From Candidatus Uhrbacteria bacterium (GTDB lineage Bacteria; Patescibacteriota; Patescibacteriia; UBA9934; GWF2-40-263), in contig JACQWJ010000036.1 in NCBI GenBank assembly GCA_016209325.1, positions 1 to 51,529 of the forward strand: a stretch of DNA of 51,529 nt, written 5' to 3'. The notes beneath the pieces are model-generated. The model saw only the letters and a list, made by a program, of their open reading frames with translations. It made no database searches and was not told where the DNA came from. Made by a program: the position numbers and the translations under genes. Below are positions 43,784 to 51,529 of this stretch, in pieces (within the stretch, counting starts at the first letter, position 1; each line of letters starts with the position of its first letter).

Positions 43784-45247
43784 ATGAGCGAGCTTATGGC
43801 TGTTGAACGCATTCCTCCCCAAAACCTCGAGGCGGAACAATCGCTTCTCGGTAGCCTACTGATCGATCAGGAGGCCTTTTTCAAGGTAGCGGACGTTACC
43901 CGTTCGAACGACTTTTACCGCGACAGCCATCGGAAGGTATTCGAAGCCATGCTCGATCTCCACGCCAGGCACGAACCGATCGACATCCTGACGCTCGGCA
44001 ACCGTCTCGAGGAACTGGGACAGCTTCAACACATCGGAGGACGGGCGTATCTTGTGGAACTCGCCAACACGATTTCCACCGCAGGGAACGTGCTGCAATA
44101 TGCCTTGATCGTGCAAAAGAAAGCCACCCTCCGACGTCTGCTCACGGCGGCAGGCGACATCACGACCCTCGGCTACAATGAGGCCGAGGACATCGACGTG
44201 GTGCTCGACGAGGCTGAACGCAATCTGTTCGCCGTGTCCCAGCAGTTCCTCCGTAACAGTTTTATCGCGATCAAGAACGTGCTCGCGGACGCCTTCGAGC
44301 GCATCGACGAGCTTCACCAGGAGCGCGGCAAAATCCGCGGGGTGCCCACCGGCTATACCGAACTCGACAACTTGCTTGCTGGCCTTCAAAAATCCGACCT
44401 CGTGATCCTCGCCGCCCGCCCGTCGGTCGGAAAGACGAGTCTGGCCATGGATATCGCACGCAACGTCGCTGTGAAGTCAAAAATTCCGGTCGGTGTCTTT
44501 TCGCTCGAAATGTCCAAGGAACAGCTGGTCGACCGTATGATTTGCGCCGAAGCCGGCGTCGACATTTGGAAACTGCGCACCGGCCGCCTGTCAGACCGCG
44601 ACGACGACTTCCCACGGATCGGTCACGCGCTCGGAAAATTATCCGAAGCTCCAATTTTCATCGACGATTCCCCGACCTTGAACATTATGCAAATCCGCGC
44701 CAAAGCGCGTCGTCTGCAGGCAGAAAATGGTCTCGGTCTTATCATTGTTGACTATCTTCAACTCCTGGAAGGACGCATGCGGAGCAATGGAGACAATCGT
44801 GTCCAGGAAATCTCCGAGATCAGCCGCGGTTTGAAACAGGTGGCCCGCGAGTTAAATGTGCCCGTCCTCGCCTTGTCCCAGCTCTCGCGTGCCGTCGAAC
44901 AGAGTAAGCCCGCGATCCCCAAGCTCTCGCACCTGCGCGACTCAGGCTCCATCGAGCAGGACGCCGATGTCGTGCTCTTCATCTACCGCAAAGCCGCGGA
45001 CATGGGCTACCGCCAGGAGGAGCTCTCCCCCGAGGAAAAACACGTCGCCGAGATCCACATCGCCAAACACCGCAACGGTCCCACGGGTATGGTCCGCCTC
45101 TTCTTCGACGGCCAACGCACCACGTTTCGCAACCTCGAGACCCGCCGTGCCGCGATCCCGAACGCCCCACCCGGACCAATGCAACCCGGAGGACCTCCCC
45201 AACCACCACGGTCCGTGCCACCCCCGCCGGTGGATGCAATGACGTGA
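43784..45247 (+). CDS. dnaB: replicative DNA helicase DnaB
   Basis: PPQNLEAEQSLLGSLL, Walker A ARPSVGKTS, SLEMS, LSQLSRAVE. Pro-rich C-terminal tail. The track start at 43757 is a TTG; ATG 43784 is preferred. Confidence 0.93.
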   Translation: MSELMAVERIPPQNLEAEQSLLGSLLIDQEAFFKVADVTRSNDFYRDSHRKVFEAMLDLHARHEPIDILTLGNRLEELGQLQHIGGRAYLVELANTISTAGNVLQYALIVQKKATLRRLLTAAGDITTLGYNEAEDIDVVLDEAERNLFAVSQQFLRNSFIAIKNVLADAFERIDELHQERGKIRGVPTGYTELDNLLAGLQKSDLVILAARPSVGKTSLAMDIARNVAVKSKIPVGVFSLEMSKEQLVDRMICAEAGVDIWKLRTGRLSDRDDDFPRIGHALGKLSEAPIFIDDSPTLNIMQIRAKARRLQAENGLGLIIVDYLQLLEGRMRSNGDNRVQEISEISRGLKQVARELNVPVLALSQLSRAVEQSKPAIPKLSHLRDSGSIEQDADVVLFIYRKAADMGYRQEELSPEEKHVAEIHIAKHRNGPTGMVRLFFDGQRTTFRNLETRRAAIPNAPPGPMQPGGPPQPPRSVPPPPVDAMT

Positions 45248-45285
45248 AGGGGTTAGCCCCTAATAACCTAATCCCTAACCCCCCA
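45248..45285. repeat. hairpin repeat, left copy flanking ybaB
   Basis: AGGGGTTAGCCCCTAAT followed by AACCTAATCCCTAACCCCCC. Confidence 0.6.
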
Positions 45286-45296
45286 CACACACGGAT

Positions 45297-45596
45297 ATGT
45301 TCAACAAAATCAAAGCCATCAAAGATCTGCGCGACCAGGCCAAGAAGATGCAAAACGAACTTTCCCAGATTTCCGCCGATGGTTCCGGCTCCTGGGGCAA
45401 GGTGAAGGTCACCCTCGACGGGAACCAGCAAGTGCTCTCGATCGAGATTGCCGACGAACTCCTGACCGACAAGGCGAAGCTCCAGGATGCACTCAAAGAA
45501 GCCTTCAACGACGCCGTCAAGAACATCCAGAAAAAGATGGCCCTGAAGATGAAGGACATGGGCGGCCTCGACGCGCTAAAGGGATTGGGAATGTGA
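45297..45596 (+). CDS. ybaB: nucleoid-associated protein YbaB/EbfC
   Basis: 99 aa with ...QAKKMQNEL...GKVKVTLDGNQQVLSIEI..., the canonical family pattern. Precedes recR as usual. Confidence 0.88.
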   Translation: MFNKIKAIKDLRDQAKKMQNELSQISADGSGSWGKVKVTLDGNQQVLSIEIADELLTDKAKLQDALKEAFNDAVKNIQKKMALKMKDMGGLDALKGLGM

Positions 45597-45604
45597 TCGT
45601 GGAG

Positions 45605-45645
45605 GGATTAGGGGCTAACCCCTAATCCCCAACACCCCTACCCCT
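45605..45645. repeat. hairpin repeat, right copy flanking ybaB
   Basis: ATTAGGGGCTAACCCCT (45607-23) is the exact reverse complement of 45248-64. Followed by AATCCCCAACACCCCTACCCC. Confidence 0.6.
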
Positions 45646-45651
45646 ACGGAC

Positions 45652-46257
45652 ATGCGCCGCTTTCCCGAACCCATCCAAAACCTCGTGAGCGCGTTTATGC
45701 GCCTGCCGGGCGTGGGCCCGAAGACGGCCTTACGCTACGTTTTCGCGCTCCTCAAGATGTCCAAATACGATGTGACTCAGATGGCGCGGCTCATGCAGGA
45801 GCTGAGTGAGCGGATCGCGGTCTGCCGGGAGTGCTTCAGCTACACCGAAGGGCGCAACATCTGCGAATACTGTTCCGATCCCAAGCGTGATCCGCGCCTC
45901 CTCTGCGTTGTCGAAACCTCGCGGGACATTTCGACCATCGAAAATACGGACGCGTTCGCGGGCAAGTACTTCGTCCTGGGAGGCACGTTGAATCCCATGG
46001 AAGGTATGACGCCCGACGTGCTGAACGTTCATCCACTTTTGCAAAAAATTAGCGCTTCCCCCGCCCTGGAGGAAATCATCCTCGGCTTCTCCCCGGACGT
46101 CCACGGCGAAATGACCATGCTGTACCTCACTAAGCAGCTCCGCCCCCTCGAACGGAAAATCACGCGGCTCGCCCGTGGCCTCCCGACCGGCGCCAGTATC
46201 GAGTTCGCCGACGAAGTGACCCTCGGCGACGCGCTGCGCGGAAGACGGGAGACGTAG
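45652..46257 (+). CDS. recR: recombination protein RecR
   Basis: HhH LPGVGPKTA, C4 zinc finger CRECFSYTEGRNICEYC, Toprim domain. Confidence 0.92.
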   Translation: MRRFPEPIQNLVSAFMRLPGVGPKTALRYVFALLKMSKYDVTQMARLMQELSERIAVCRECFSYTEGRNICEYCSDPKRDPRLLCVVETSRDISTIENTDAFAGKYFVLGGTLNPMEGMTPDVLNVHPLLQKISASPALEEIILGFSPDVHGEMTMLYLTKQLRPLERKITRLARGLPTGASIEFADEVTLGDALRGRRET

Positions 46258-46280
46258 GTGTTCACGCAGCGCTGGCTGGA

Positions 46281-46586
46281 TCATGCGACGAAGGACGACA
46301 AGACTTCTCGCAACAGACGTTCCAACAGCCTGAGAGGCATGCCGGACGTACTGTCGGTCGTACCTTGGAATATGTGAACGTAATCGCTTACGGGTGGTTC
46401 CTCGACGCGGACCGCGCCTGAACAGTGGAAGATGCGGCCGTCCGCGATCAAGGCGTCGATGACAGATTCGGGCAGCGGATCAATAGACCAGCCTGAACAA
46501 TGAAATATGCCCCTGGCGCCCCGTAATCCCATGCCTTCCAACGGATCGTCCCCCGGCGATATTTCCCCCGAAATTTTTCCTCCCAT
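46281..46586 (-). CDS. short protein resembling the C-terminal half of a Maf-like nucleotide pyrophosphatase
   Basis: ...FHCSGAVRVEEP..YVHIFQGTTDSTSGMPLRLLERLL resembles ...AGAY.IQ....FI..I.G....V.GLPL..L..LL. Only 101 aa, so possibly truncated. Confidence 0.3.
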   Translation of the reverse strand: MGGKISGEISPGDDPLEGMGLRGARGIFHCSGWSIDPLPESVIDALIADGRIFHCSGAVRVEEPPVSDYVHIFQGTTDSTSGMPLRLLERLLREVLSSFVA

Positions 46587-46602
46587 TCCTCCATACGTCG
46601 AC

Positions 46603-47856
46603 CTATTCGATAATCCCCCCGCCGATCATTTCCTCGCCGTTGTAGAAGACGACTGATTGGCCCGGGGTGATGGCGCGCTGGGGTTGGGTGAAGGTGACGT
46701 GAACAGAAGACGCAGGACCCCCTCCTGTCTCCCCCTTCGTAAGGGGGAGAGAACTCGACGGGAACCCCTCGCCGGCAACCTCCCCTAGCCCCTCCTTGGC
46801 AAGGAGGGGGATCGAGACGGTGCACGGCTGGAGCTGCTGGCGGTAACGGACACGGGCTTGGTAGGTCTTCCCTTCCTCCGGCGCTTGGAACCAGTTGCAT
46901 TCGGTAGCAGTCAATTCTGTTTTAAACAGGACTTGGTGGAAATTGCTGGAGACGACAAGTTGGTTCATCTTTGCGCGCTTTTCGACGACGTAATAGGGCT
47001 GCGGCTGGCCGCCGATGTTCAGGCCCTCGCGCTGGCCGATGGTGTAAAACGCGATGCCCTCGTGCCGGCCGACGACCGCGCCATCGGTCGTAACGATGTC
47101 GCCCGGATTCTTCGGGATGCGCGCCTGCAGGAATGAACGGATGTCGACTTCGCCCACGAAGCAGATGCCCGTACTGTCCTTCTTGTCCGCAACCAGCAGG
47201 CCGAGGGCGTGGGCCTTCTCGCGGACCTGCGGCTTGGTCAAATGACCGATCGGAAACAGGACGCGCGAAAGGACGGCCGACGGAACGGCCCAGAGGAAAT
47301 AGGTCTGGTCCTTGTTCACGTCCGTGCCTGCGAGAATACGGTACGGCTCGGGAGATTGCTTCGTCCCACGCCGTGCAGGCCAAGGGCCAGCACCGGCAGG
47401 TCCTCGCAAAGACGAAGAGGACACAATTCGGGCGTAATGCCCTGTCGCGACGAATGCGCAACCGAGCTTGTCCGCCTCCTTTACGAACAGGTCGAACTTC
47501 ACGAAGCGGTTGCACATAACGTCCGGGTTCGGTGTCCGCCCTGCGGCGTATTCGCGAAACATGGCGTCGACGACGTCGCGGCGATACTGTTCCTCAAAGT
47601 CGAACGTCAAAAACGGGATGCTGAGCTGGGCTGCGACGCGCATGGCGTCCCTGCGCTCCTGCCTCCACCCGCACTCGGAAAACCCCTCTCCAACCTTGTC
47701 CGGATCGACACACTGGGGGCCCTCGACGTCTCCCGACCAGTTCTTCATGAACGCCCCGATCACCTCGTACCCCTGTTCCAACAACAACGCCGCGGACACC
47801 GACGAATCGACGCCGCCCGACATGCCGACGAGAACTTTTGGTTTCATGCCTGTCAT
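46603..47856 (-). CDS. mnmA: tRNA 2-thiouridine(34) synthase MnmA, carrying two repeat-derived in-frame insertions
   Basis: PP-loop VGMSGGVDSS, TGHYAR, KDQTYFL, C-terminal PQRAITPGQSVVFY. Confidence 0.9.
   Translation of the reverse strand: MTGMKPKVLVGMSGGVDSSVSAALLLEQGYEVIGAFMKNWSGDVEGPQCVDPDKVGEGFSECGWRQERRDAMRVAAQLSIPFLTFDFEEQYRRDVVDAMFREYAAGRTPNPDVMCNRFVKFDLFVKEADKLGCAFVATGHYARIVSSSSLRGPAGAGPWPARRGTKQSPEPYRILAGTDVNKDQTYFLWAVPSAVLSRVLFPIGHLTKPQVREKAHALGLLVADKKDSTGICFVGEVDIRSFLQARIPKNPGDIVTTDGAVVGRHEGIAFYTIGQREGLNIGGQPQPYYVVEKRAKMNQLVVSSNFHQVLFKTELTATECNWFQAPEEGKTYQARVRYRQQLQPCTVSIPLLAKEGLGEVAGEGFPSSSLPLTKGETGGGPASSVHVTFTQPQRAITPGQSVVFYNGEEMIGGGIIE
46708..46812. repeat. CCCCTCC...GGAGGGG palindromic repeat copy (G) inside mnmA, in frame
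   Basis: CCCCTCCTTGGCAAGGAGGGGG and CTCCCCCTTCGTAAGGGGGAG hairpins. Translated as IPLLAKEGLGEVAGEGFPSSSLPLTKGETGGGPAS. Confidence 0.65.
47352..47415. repeat. second repeat family (TTGCGAGGA...GAAGCAATC) inside mnmA, in frame
   Basis: Minus strand TCGTCTTTGCGAGGACCTGCCGG...GGGACGAAGCAATCTC, translated as SSLRGPAGAGPWPARRGTKQS. Its termini resemble the copy at 51329-51389. Confidence 0.55.
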
Positions 47857-47886
47857 AACGAACGGAAATGGTCATATGACTTTGAC

Positions 47887-48675
47887 TCAAAACAAAAACA
47901 GAATCAATGCCGCCAATGAAATCCGGTAAACAGCAAACCACGCATAACTCGCCCCTTTCATGAGCTTCAGAAGGAAACGGATGGCGAAAAAGCCAGAAAC
48001 GAAGGCGGTCACAAAACCGGCGACGAGCGGCAGGGGCTCCACGTACGCCTGGCCGGTTGCGAGGTCAAGGATGGCCCCAGCCCCGGCCGCAGCCGTGGCT
48101 GGAACCCCGAGGAGAAACGAAAACGTTGCGGCCGTCTCCCGATTGAGACCCGAAAACAATCCGGCTGTGATGGTCACGCCGGAACGTGACGTTCCCGGTA
48201 GAAGGGCGAGGGCTTGGGTCGCACCGATGCCGAGCGCACGCTTCCAGCCGACCAGTCGGACGTCGCTCAGAGCTCCTTTTGAGACGAGGCGGTCGGCGAT
48301 GAATAGTAGGATACCCCAAAACCCAAGGGAAAGAGCCACCAAATGGGAGGAACGGAAAACGACCTCGATCATATCCTTGAACACGAAGCCAATCACCAAG
48401 ACGGGCAGCGTGGAAACGACGATCATCCACCCGAGCCTGCCCCACGGGTCCGTTTTCCAACGCGCCAGACCTCGGACGATCTGCGCGACCTCGGTCCACA
48501 GGGCCGCCAGGATGGCCGCGAGGGTTGCTAAATGGATGGCTGCGTCAAACGCGAGATCCTGGGTTTCCCAACCGAGGAGCCGGGGAACGAGGATCAGGTG
48601 TCCCGAGCTGGAGACCGGAAGAAATTCGGTCAGGCCCTGGACGATGCCAAGGACGGCGGCTTGGAAGACGGACAT
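47887..48675 (-). CDS. uppP: undecaprenyl-diphosphate phosphatase
   Basis: GIVQGLTEFLPVSSSGHL N-terminal signature, PGTSRSG motif, 8 TM. Confidence 0.92.
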   Translation of the reverse strand: MSVFQAAVLGIVQGLTEFLPVSSSGHLILVPRLLGWETQDLAFDAAIHLATLAAILAALWTEVAQIVRGLARWKTDPWGRLGWMIVVSTLPVLVIGFVFKDMIEVVFRSSHLVALSLGFWGILLFIADRLVSKGALSDVRLVGWKRALGIGATQALALLPGTSRSGVTITAGLFSGLNRETAATFSFLLGVPATAAAGAGAILDLATGQAYVEPLPLVAGFVTAFVSGFFAIRFLLKLMKGASYAWFAVYRISLAALILFLF

Positions 48676-48681
48676 ATGCCG

Positions 48682-49551
48682 TTAAGCCGCCTGCGTCTCC
48701 AAAATAGGTTCCTCTTTTGTGGAAACCGTTGGTGTATCAGCGTTAGCGTCTTGTTTCGTTTCTGTTTCTCCGACCTCATGAACAACATTCAGTGTTGTCT
48801 CTTGCGGACGGGCAGAGGCGCGATCAGTTTCCAATGCAGGTTCTTCTGTTATTTCTATTTCTTTCATCTGTCGGATAAGTTCTGCAAAGTCTTCATGCGT
48901 CGAGGTTGCATCCGAACCATCATTCGCGATTCTTGGGATGAAAATGGGGGCCTCTAAGTCCCCTCCCATCAATTCTTCCTTAAAAAGAGTGAGGTATGGA
49001 ATATCGCCTGCCTTGCCCGTCATAACTGCTTCCCAAATCTGGGACAGACTCGGTTTCTTAGGTTTCTCGGGGGCAGGAAATGGTCCTCGATCAATGGCAT
49101 CATGAAGAAGAGTGACTTGCCGTTTTAGAAGGGAGATGGCGTCCGTGAGTTGTACAAGGATCAGACGATCCTTCGGATTTTCCGCGGGTTTCAGGCGTTG
49201 AAGCAGACGATACAACTGCTCTTCGGTCCATTCATGAATACGCGCGACACATTCTCTGTATGCGTCGGCTTCGGCGCGCGAGGAAAGGTGCGGCCGGACG
49301 TAACGCGCCGCAAGAACGTCCAAAAGGACCTCGAGCTCCTCGCGGTCTTCCGGCATTTCCTTCTCGCGCTGCCAGCGACCTGCGGCTTCCTGTTCCAGGA
49401 CGGCCAAATAGCGCTCAGGCGTCATGCCGTTGGCGAGTTGTGATTCGACGTGGGCCGCAACGGTTTCCCGCTTCCGCTGAATATTGTTTGGATCTGCATC
49501 TGGTCTTGAAGTAAACGCGCCTTCGTTTCTTTCGGTCATAGAAAATCTCAC
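48682..49551 (-). CDS. acidic hypothetical protein
   Basis: 289 aa, E/D-rich, helical N-terminal half. Follows the Cys-rich gene with a 2-nt gap. Confidence 0.45.
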   Translation of the reverse strand: MRFSMTERNEGAFTSRPDADPNNIQRKRETVAAHVESQLANGMTPERYLAVLEQEAAGRWQREKEMPEDREELEVLLDVLAARYVRPHLSSRAEADAYRECVARIHEWTEEQLYRLLQRLKPAENPKDRLILVQLTDAISLLKRQVTLLHDAIDRGPFPAPEKPKKPSLSQIWEAVMTGKAGDIPYLTLFKEELMGGDLEAPIFIPRIANDGSDATSTHEDFAELIRQMKEIEITEEPALETDRASARPQETTLNVVHEVGETETKQDANADTPTVSTKEEPILETQAA

Positions 49552-49553
49552 TT

Positions 49554-51320
49554 CTACTTACTCATACCAATAGTATCCCGCATTTGTCTGTTTGGTTCAA
49601 CCTCTTGTTCTAGAAAGCGCAGGTAACAAGGCCTACAGACGACCTTACGTTCGGCAAACGTACCGTTTCCGTAAGCCTGAATTGATACTCGACAGAAGGT
49701 GCATACCACCGCTTTCTGGGTTGGCATGTTGGAAAGCCGAACCAGCTTCTTCAAACGACTGAGGAAGTGCTCGTTTGGAAGCGGAAGGTCACGCGATCGG
49801 TAGAAATCCACTTCCTGGGAGGTAATCGTGAATTGACGCTGGAGACGGGAATCAAAAATGGGCTTTCCGATCCAGGATGCGGCCTCTGGATCGCGACTGC
49901 TGTCTGGAAGCGCAGAGACGTCGATTCCGGTGTCGGAGACGACAAGAATGCCGCCGCGACGGAGATCAAACACGGGAGCGTGAAACACATTCATCTCTTC
50001 CTTGGAATACCCGAAAAACATGTCCCCCAAGGAGAATTGGAATCCGTTCTGGGAAAGGTCAGCTGGGAAAAACCGTCCGTACTCGCCGCGCTCGAGCATG
50101 GCGCCCTTCAGCACATCGACCCGTTCCCAGTACTCCTGTTCAGCATATTGGACGTTGAATAGGCACCATTTCTTCCGCTTGAGGCCTACGCAGCCGAAGC
50201 ATGACTCGCAGTCGTAGCAGTTGATGCAGTACTCCATGTCCCGCGAACGCCAGATACGCAGACAAAACCGGAGGTCCTGACTGGAGACAGAATCGCACGA
50301 TCCGTAGATGCCGCTTCCCCACACGAGCCAGGTGGAAAACGCCGACTGCTCCTGCTCCATCGTGATCCAGCACCAGTCACAGTCAGTGCAAGTGGTGACC
50401 AAGTACCCATCGTGACAGCGGACGGATTCGTACATGTACTCGCCCGAGTAGTCCTCGGACTTGTGGTTGAAGTCCGGCGGCCAGACAGCATCCTGCAAGC
50501 ATTTCAGGAATTGCGCGCGCTGCGCTTCAAAAACAGTGCGCGACGAGAGATCGACCGCGGCGACACGGCGCTCCCATTCCTCCTTTGTCAGCTGCTCGTT
50601 GAACCACAGGTACTTCTTGTTCCTCTGGTTGGTGGCACCGAAGCATGACTCGCAGTTCCTGCAGTCGAAGAGGAACCGCGAGCCGATACAGTCGTAGCTC
50701 TCGAAGACAAAGGCGCAGTCGTACAGGTGGTCGGCACGGTTGACGGCATGACAGAACCTGCTGAAACGGACATTCGCCACGTCGACGGAATCCTCCGTCT
50801 CGTAGGCCGTATACGCATACGACAGACGCCGGCTGAGGCCCGAGCCGAAGACCATGTACCCGTCCTCGCATTTGATAAAGTCGACGCCGATCGAGCGCTG
50901 GTTGCTTCCATCGTCATGCAGCGCGCCGACGGGAATGGAGCGGGCCAGCGACCGCAGCTGGTCGAAAAAAGGGCGCCCGGGATCCGCGTCCGGCCCGGAA
51001 CAGAGATATTCCGCGTCCATCCATTCGCGGTCCGAGACGACCTGGTAGGGACTGTCGGGATGGACGAACGTCAAGATTGGCTGCCCCGTCTTGGCATGTG
51101 GTTTCTTCCACAAGACCGTGCCTGCGCCGAATCCAAGAAGAAATTTCAAGCGCACCGTCGGATGGATGTCCGAAGGGGGAACGTTGAACTGGCGGTACCA
51201 GCCGATCTCGCGCTCCGTCATGTCCCAGGCTTGGCCGGTGAGACGACAAACGCGCAGGCGCGGTTGGAGGGTGTCGAGGATGGGTTTGATCTTGGCGTCG
51301 TAGGTGGGAGTGTGGGACAT
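49554..51320 (-). CDS. Cys-rich repeat protein with internal duplication and C-terminal zinc ribbon
   Basis: Two homologous blocks: DCRNCESCFGATNQRNKKYLWFNEQLTKEEWERRV and NCYDCESCFGCVGLKRKKWCLFNVQYAEQEYWERV. C-terminal CTFC...CRPC. Confidence 0.6.
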   Translation of the reverse strand: MSHTPTYDAKIKPILDTLQPRLRVCRLTGQAWDMTEREIGWYRQFNVPPSDIHPTVRLKFLLGFGAGTVLWKKPHAKTGQPILTFVHPDSPYQVVSDREWMDAEYLCSGPDADPGRPFFDQLRSLARSIPVGALHDDGSNQRSIGVDFIKCEDGYMVFGSGLSRRLSYAYTAYETEDSVDVANVRFSRFCHAVNRADHLYDCAFVFESYDCIGSRFLFDCRNCESCFGATNQRNKKYLWFNEQLTKEEWERRVAAVDLSSRTVFEAQRAQFLKCLQDAVWPPDFNHKSEDYSGEYMYESVRCHDGYLVTTCTDCDWCWITMEQEQSAFSTWLVWGSGIYGSCDSVSSQDLRFCLRIWRSRDMEYCINCYDCESCFGCVGLKRKKWCLFNVQYAEQEYWERVDVLKGAMLERGEYGRFFPADLSQNGFQFSLGDMFFGYSKEEMNVFHAPVFDLRRGGILVVSDTGIDVSALPDSSRDPEAASWIGKPIFDSRLQRQFTITSQEVDFYRSRDLPLPNEHFLSRLKKLVRLSNMPTQKAVVCTFCRVSIQAYGNGTFAERKVVCRPCYLRFLEQEVEPNRQMRDTIGMSK

Positions 51321-51328
51321 AGGAATGG

Positions 51329-51389
51329 CGTCATTGCGAGGAACACGCTTTCACGTTATGACCTGCCTGCCGGCAGGCGAGGCAATCCC
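51329..51389. repeat. intergenic copy of the TTGCGAGGA...GGCAATC repeat family
   Basis: CGTCATTGCGAGGAAC...CCTGCCGGCAGG(palindrome)CGAGGCAATCCC, just upstream of the start at 51320. Confidence 0.55.
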
Positions 51390-51529
51390 GTGGGGATGAA
51401 AATCATACATGGGGAAACCCACTCCTGTCCGGTTAACTTTTTGATCATCTCTCTTTTAGAACAAACCTAAGCGTTATTTTTTAGAAAAAAGATTTTTCGA
51501 TTTCAAAAAAGGTTGGGATGATTGATGGG

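Noticed and set aside
45248-45645. CCCTAA/TTAGGG-like strings flanking ybaB as telomere-type repeats
   Set aside because: There are only one or two imperfect units embedded in hairpin elements within a normal gene array. This is not a tandem telomeric tract.
1-51529. CRISPR arrays, rRNA genes, integrase/att sites, DGR or retron signatures
   Set aside because: I scanned the intergenic regions and found no regularly spaced direct repeats, no rRNA-like sequence, and no reverse transcriptase or integrase ORFs.

Overview
GC-rich, gene-dense bacterial chromosome segment. The gene content (T4SS-pilin-like envelope proteins, a CxxC-x17-CxxC zinc-ribbon protein, many short or leaderless 5' UTRs) suggests a Patescibacteria/CPR-like lineage, but this is inference only. 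The backbone is housekeeping: dnaE, pheST, rseP, a phosphohexomutase, lemA-htpX-clpC, radA, recG, tRNA-Arg, greA, an ABC-F ATPase, dnaB, ybaB-recR, mnmA and uppP. Two accessory loci stand out. (1) 171-6867, minus strand, next to an IS remnant: three paralogous ATP-grasp ligase genes. Each sits in the same cassette of extended -10 promoter, mini-ORF or structured leader, hairpin with U-tract, SD plus ATP-grasp gene, and terminator. The locus also holds a class-I glutamine amidotransferase and an inserted hicBA module. (2) 31179-35414, next to tRNA-Arg and bounded by IS630 and thioredoxin gene fragments: a tightly coupled operon of a MerR-HTH::GHKL ATPase, a STAS-like (DUF4325-type) protein, and a tRNA-dependent cyclodipeptide synthase fused to a family-3 solute-binding domain. 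I know of no described system with this composition. The window also carries at least two families of GC-rich palindromic MITE/REP-like repeats. One family forms terminal inverted repeats around a frameshifted DUF559 endonuclease gene. Both families are inserted in-frame in mnmA. Further items are a possible DNA-hypermodification (aGPT-Pplase-like) gene, a beta-carbonic-anhydrase-motif protein, a degenerate kinase-like protein and several decayed gene fragments. No rRNA or CRISPR array was seen. All family assignments rest on motif recognition by eye; no searches were run.
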